DNA of 57,075 nt. It comes from Paramecium tetraurelia. Its lineage: Eukaryota. This document shows positions 53,951 to 57,075 of this stretch, piece after piece. Where the stretch lies: NCBI GenBank assembly GCA_000165425.1, contig CT868680.1, positions 262,108 to 319,182 of the forward strand. The letters are read 5' to 3'. Below the pieces are notes generated by a model, which saw only the letters and a list, made by a program, of their open reading frames with translations, had not been told where the DNA came from and did no database searches. A program made the position numbers and the translations under genes. Position 1 is the first letter of the stretch; each line of letters opens with the position of its first letter.

Positions 53951-54930
53951 ATTAAAATTAATCAATTGAGTGAAAAAATTATAAGACATAAAATATTAAT
54001 TGTTCATATTAGGCTATATCTGTAAAAAATATCCTAATAGATTTAATTTATCGACAAAGCTTGCGCATGATGCATATCTGGATTAATTCTGAATGAAGAT
54101 GCTTTTATTAATACACTTCATTGTTTAACTGTATCTTCTGGATAGACCACTTTCTAGTAGAACATAACTTGCTCATTTGTCATAGTTAGGAGTAGCTCTA
54201 TATATTAAGCACACTTTGGATCACCAGATGGATGCACTATTAATTTGTAATGAAAATTCTACTGTTGAGCTTTTGATGTTGCTTCTCTCCTACCACTTGT
54301 AATGCTTTAAACTCTTCTTGTAAGGAGTACTGGAAACTAAACCATTACTACATTTTGTGCTGATTGTTATACTGGAGGATACTGTTCATCAAATTGTATT
54401 ATTCTGTAAGAAATGCGCTTATACAGGATATGATAAACGGCTTCCTTTTTCCCTGAATCTTTTTAAATGAGTAGCATACGCTTATTGAATATTATATTCC
54501 TAAGTGTATTTTGTTTTTTTCTAGGTAATTTAAACGACTATTCTCTAAATTGTAACTTCAGCTTTTCCTAATTGCTAAAGCTTGTCAAGGATAATTTGAA
54601 GATGATAATTATTACAAACTTAAAATGTAGTAATGGTTCAATTTAATACTTGCGAATTATGTTAAAGCCACTTCAGTGTTGGTGTTGTCAGAAGAAGTAG
54701 TGGCTTTTATTTAATCTGTTTGAATTTTATCCTTAAATATACTTCCTTAGTAATAATGTTGACCTTGTACATCTTTGGCATGATGAAATAAATACTGATA
54801 TAATAATGATGATAACTGGATTAAGCAAATATTAGCAATAAATTCACATATTTAATTTTACCTATTGCATGTGTTTAAAATGCACACTGACTCTTCTCAA
54901 CAGCACACACAGTATTTCAAAGCACATTAA
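53950..54930 (-). pseudogene. Decayed surface-antigen-like fragment (boundaries approximate)
   Basis: Fragments such as TKCSNGLVSST and KATTSSDNTNTE; no continuous frame found. Confidence 0.4.
54340..54638. repeat. 17-bp perfect inverted repeat pair bounding 299 bp
   Basis: AACCATTACTACATTTT (54340-54356) and its reverse complement AAAATGTAGTAATGGTT (54622-54638). Confidence 0.85.
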
Positions 54931-56044
54931 TATGTTAATTTTATGACTTTTTGGAAATATTTAATTATTAATACTATTTTAATCTCTTATTTTAATTTGA
55001 ATTAACTATACATGTTGAAATAGGAACATTAATAAGAATGTGGATATGAATCGAACTTAAGCACAAGCAATATCTTTATAAATATTTGATTTTAAGTTAA
55101 TCAAACACTGCATATGAACTTAGAAGAAGAAAATATGACCTATATTAAAAACCATTTCAAACTATCATATAAATTGTACTCATTTGTCATTTGGGATAAT
55201 TTAAAATTACCTGCAAGCCCTTTTGCAGAATAAGTGCAGATTGATTGATACAACCAGCTCTATCATAATCAATAATCTATAATTTTTACATTTATTACTG
55301 CACTTATAATAAAGCAGATAAGATTAATCTACAAAATTCTATTTAATAGATCCACATTTTTCCACTATTTCTTGATAACTTTTGTACTAACTTATGAATA
55401 TGGATTTTATCTAAATTCAAATCTATGTATAACATATATATATATACTTGTTTGTTAACTTGTTTAAGTAATATTTTTTGTAGGCTTACTAGAGACCAAT
55501 TAAATATTTACTTTCTGCTTTAACTGTTGTACTATATTTATTTAATTATGGCAAAGTATCAATATTCATTAATTGATATAATGAAACATATATAGAACAA
55601 GTTATTATCCGTTTCTGGAGAATAATTCAGATCCTAAATTTAAACTTTTACTTAAAATTTTTGGTCATTTTCAGATAAAGGTAGTCTACAATCCAATCTA
55701 TTTGGCAAGTTGTGAAAACAAAGGTGAATAATTTAACAGTTGGATTGAAAAGGAATTTGACCAACAACCAAAAATATTGATAGGCAACTTTTAAAATCCA
55801 AAAAACGCTAATACAGATTTTTTCATCACTACACTTTCTCAACAATACCTCTAAGTTATTTGGGAACTAAATATTGATTATTTATTCTAAGCAAATATAA
55901 AATCGCTTATTAATTAAAAGAGAAAAATATTATAGAGCAATAATCGAGATTTTTTGTGGATTTTATGTAAATTTTAAAATAGCCAAATTAAATTTGATTT
56001 TGCTGAAATTTACCGACTCGAAAGTATTAATAGACATAGTTAAA

Positions 56045-56093
56045 TATAGATTGGCACTAAATGCTCTTCTGGAGCATTTAGTGCCTATCTATA
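56045..56093. repeat. Palindrome/hairpin with 22-bp arms, one mismatch, 5-nt loop
   Basis: TATAGAT-T-GGCACTAAATGCTC ttctg GAGCATTTAGTGCC-T-ATCTATA. Confidence 0.92.
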
Positions 56094-57075
56094 AAATGGA
56101 TTCAATAAAATATTAATACTCTCCCTCTCTTCAGAAATAATATATTCAATAGGTTTATAATGAGTTACTAAGTAAGAATTAGAATTTAGTATTTCAAGAA
56201 AAGGTTAATGAAATCCGAGCAATAGTTTGAGCAATAGAATAATTGAATTCTCATCTTCTAAGGTAACTTAGAAATAATCACTCGTAATTTTAATATCGTT
56301 TTTTAATATTCATTTTTAGAAAGATTGAATTGATATTTTGCAATTTACATCTAAGAATTTTTCACACAATTTAACAATTATTGTATCATATTTTCATCAC
56401 ACTATTTTCAGATTGAGATCTAAATTTTCACTCAATATAAGGATGATCTAAGTCATACCTATTCAACTCTAATTAATCCTAATTAATTATAGATCCTACA
56501 AGCTACCAATATTCTTATAGTGAATGTATATCGATTTTTTTATTCAAAAACTTATAGAGCTAGGGTCAATCTTAAATTTGTAAAATTTCTGTATGAGTAA
56601 AATAAATTTTTGTTTTCACTATTGAACGCACTTAAGTAACTCTTTTCTAAATGACATCTATCTTAATAAGGGATTATTATAAGTTTAATAGAATAAATTA
56701 ATTATTTCAATAATTTGTTGTAAAAACTTTGTAATATAAACTGTCCATAGAGTTAACCTGTTTATCTGTATTATGAGCTGACTTGTGTATATGTAAACAG
56801 GATTGATGTAATTTATTAAAATAAATTTGATGAAGCTTACTTAAAAATATTTCATTATTTATTGAATTTAAATAGAAAATAATCTGATTAGCAATTTTTA
56901 ATTGTTTTTTTTCACTATATATAAAATTAAAAATTTACCCTTCAAAAACTCTTTTATTAGGTTACAAGTTGACAAATGTAAAAATTTTTGAGAATCAAAA
57001 GTTTATAATATTTGTTACGAAGAAATTTATGAAAAATACCCCTAAACTTATTATTTTATTTGAGGATATTAATGG

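Noticed and set aside
1..57075. Supplied short ORFs treated as independent genes
   Set aside because: They were computed with TAA/TAG as stops. They are fragments of longer ciliate-code genes or antisense shadows (e.g. 119-373, 5271-5474, 11440-11829).

Overview
AT-rich, gene-dense ciliate DNA, most likely Paramecium macronuclear sequence. TAA/TAG read as Gln, TGA is the only stop, genes carry 22-27 nt GT..AG introns, and a trichocyst matrix protein gene is present. The supplied standard-code ORF track therefore shows only gene fragments or antisense noise. I re-read the genes by hand in the ciliate code, so coordinates are manual. From 1 to ~47.1 kb there are ~27 tightly packed genes, including a T1-type trichocyst matrix protein, CEP131-like, alpha-COP, an alpha/beta hydrolase, WD40, TBC Rab-GAP, Ser/Thr kinase, 14-3-3, Rab GTPase, RING protein, V-ATPase E, a large PAS membrane protein, VAC14 and tRNase Z. 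The last ~10 kb has no intact gene I could find and looks like decayed Cys-rich surface-protein sequence. The most notable unexplained signal is a ~260-nt, extensively self-complementary minus-strand element (12740-13001) just upstream of alpha-COP that matches no RNA family I recognise. A near-perfect 22-bp-arm palindrome (56045-56093) and a 17-bp inverted repeat pair (54340-54638) also stand out in the decayed region. I found no tRNA, rRNA, CRISPR, transposase or telomeric repeat.
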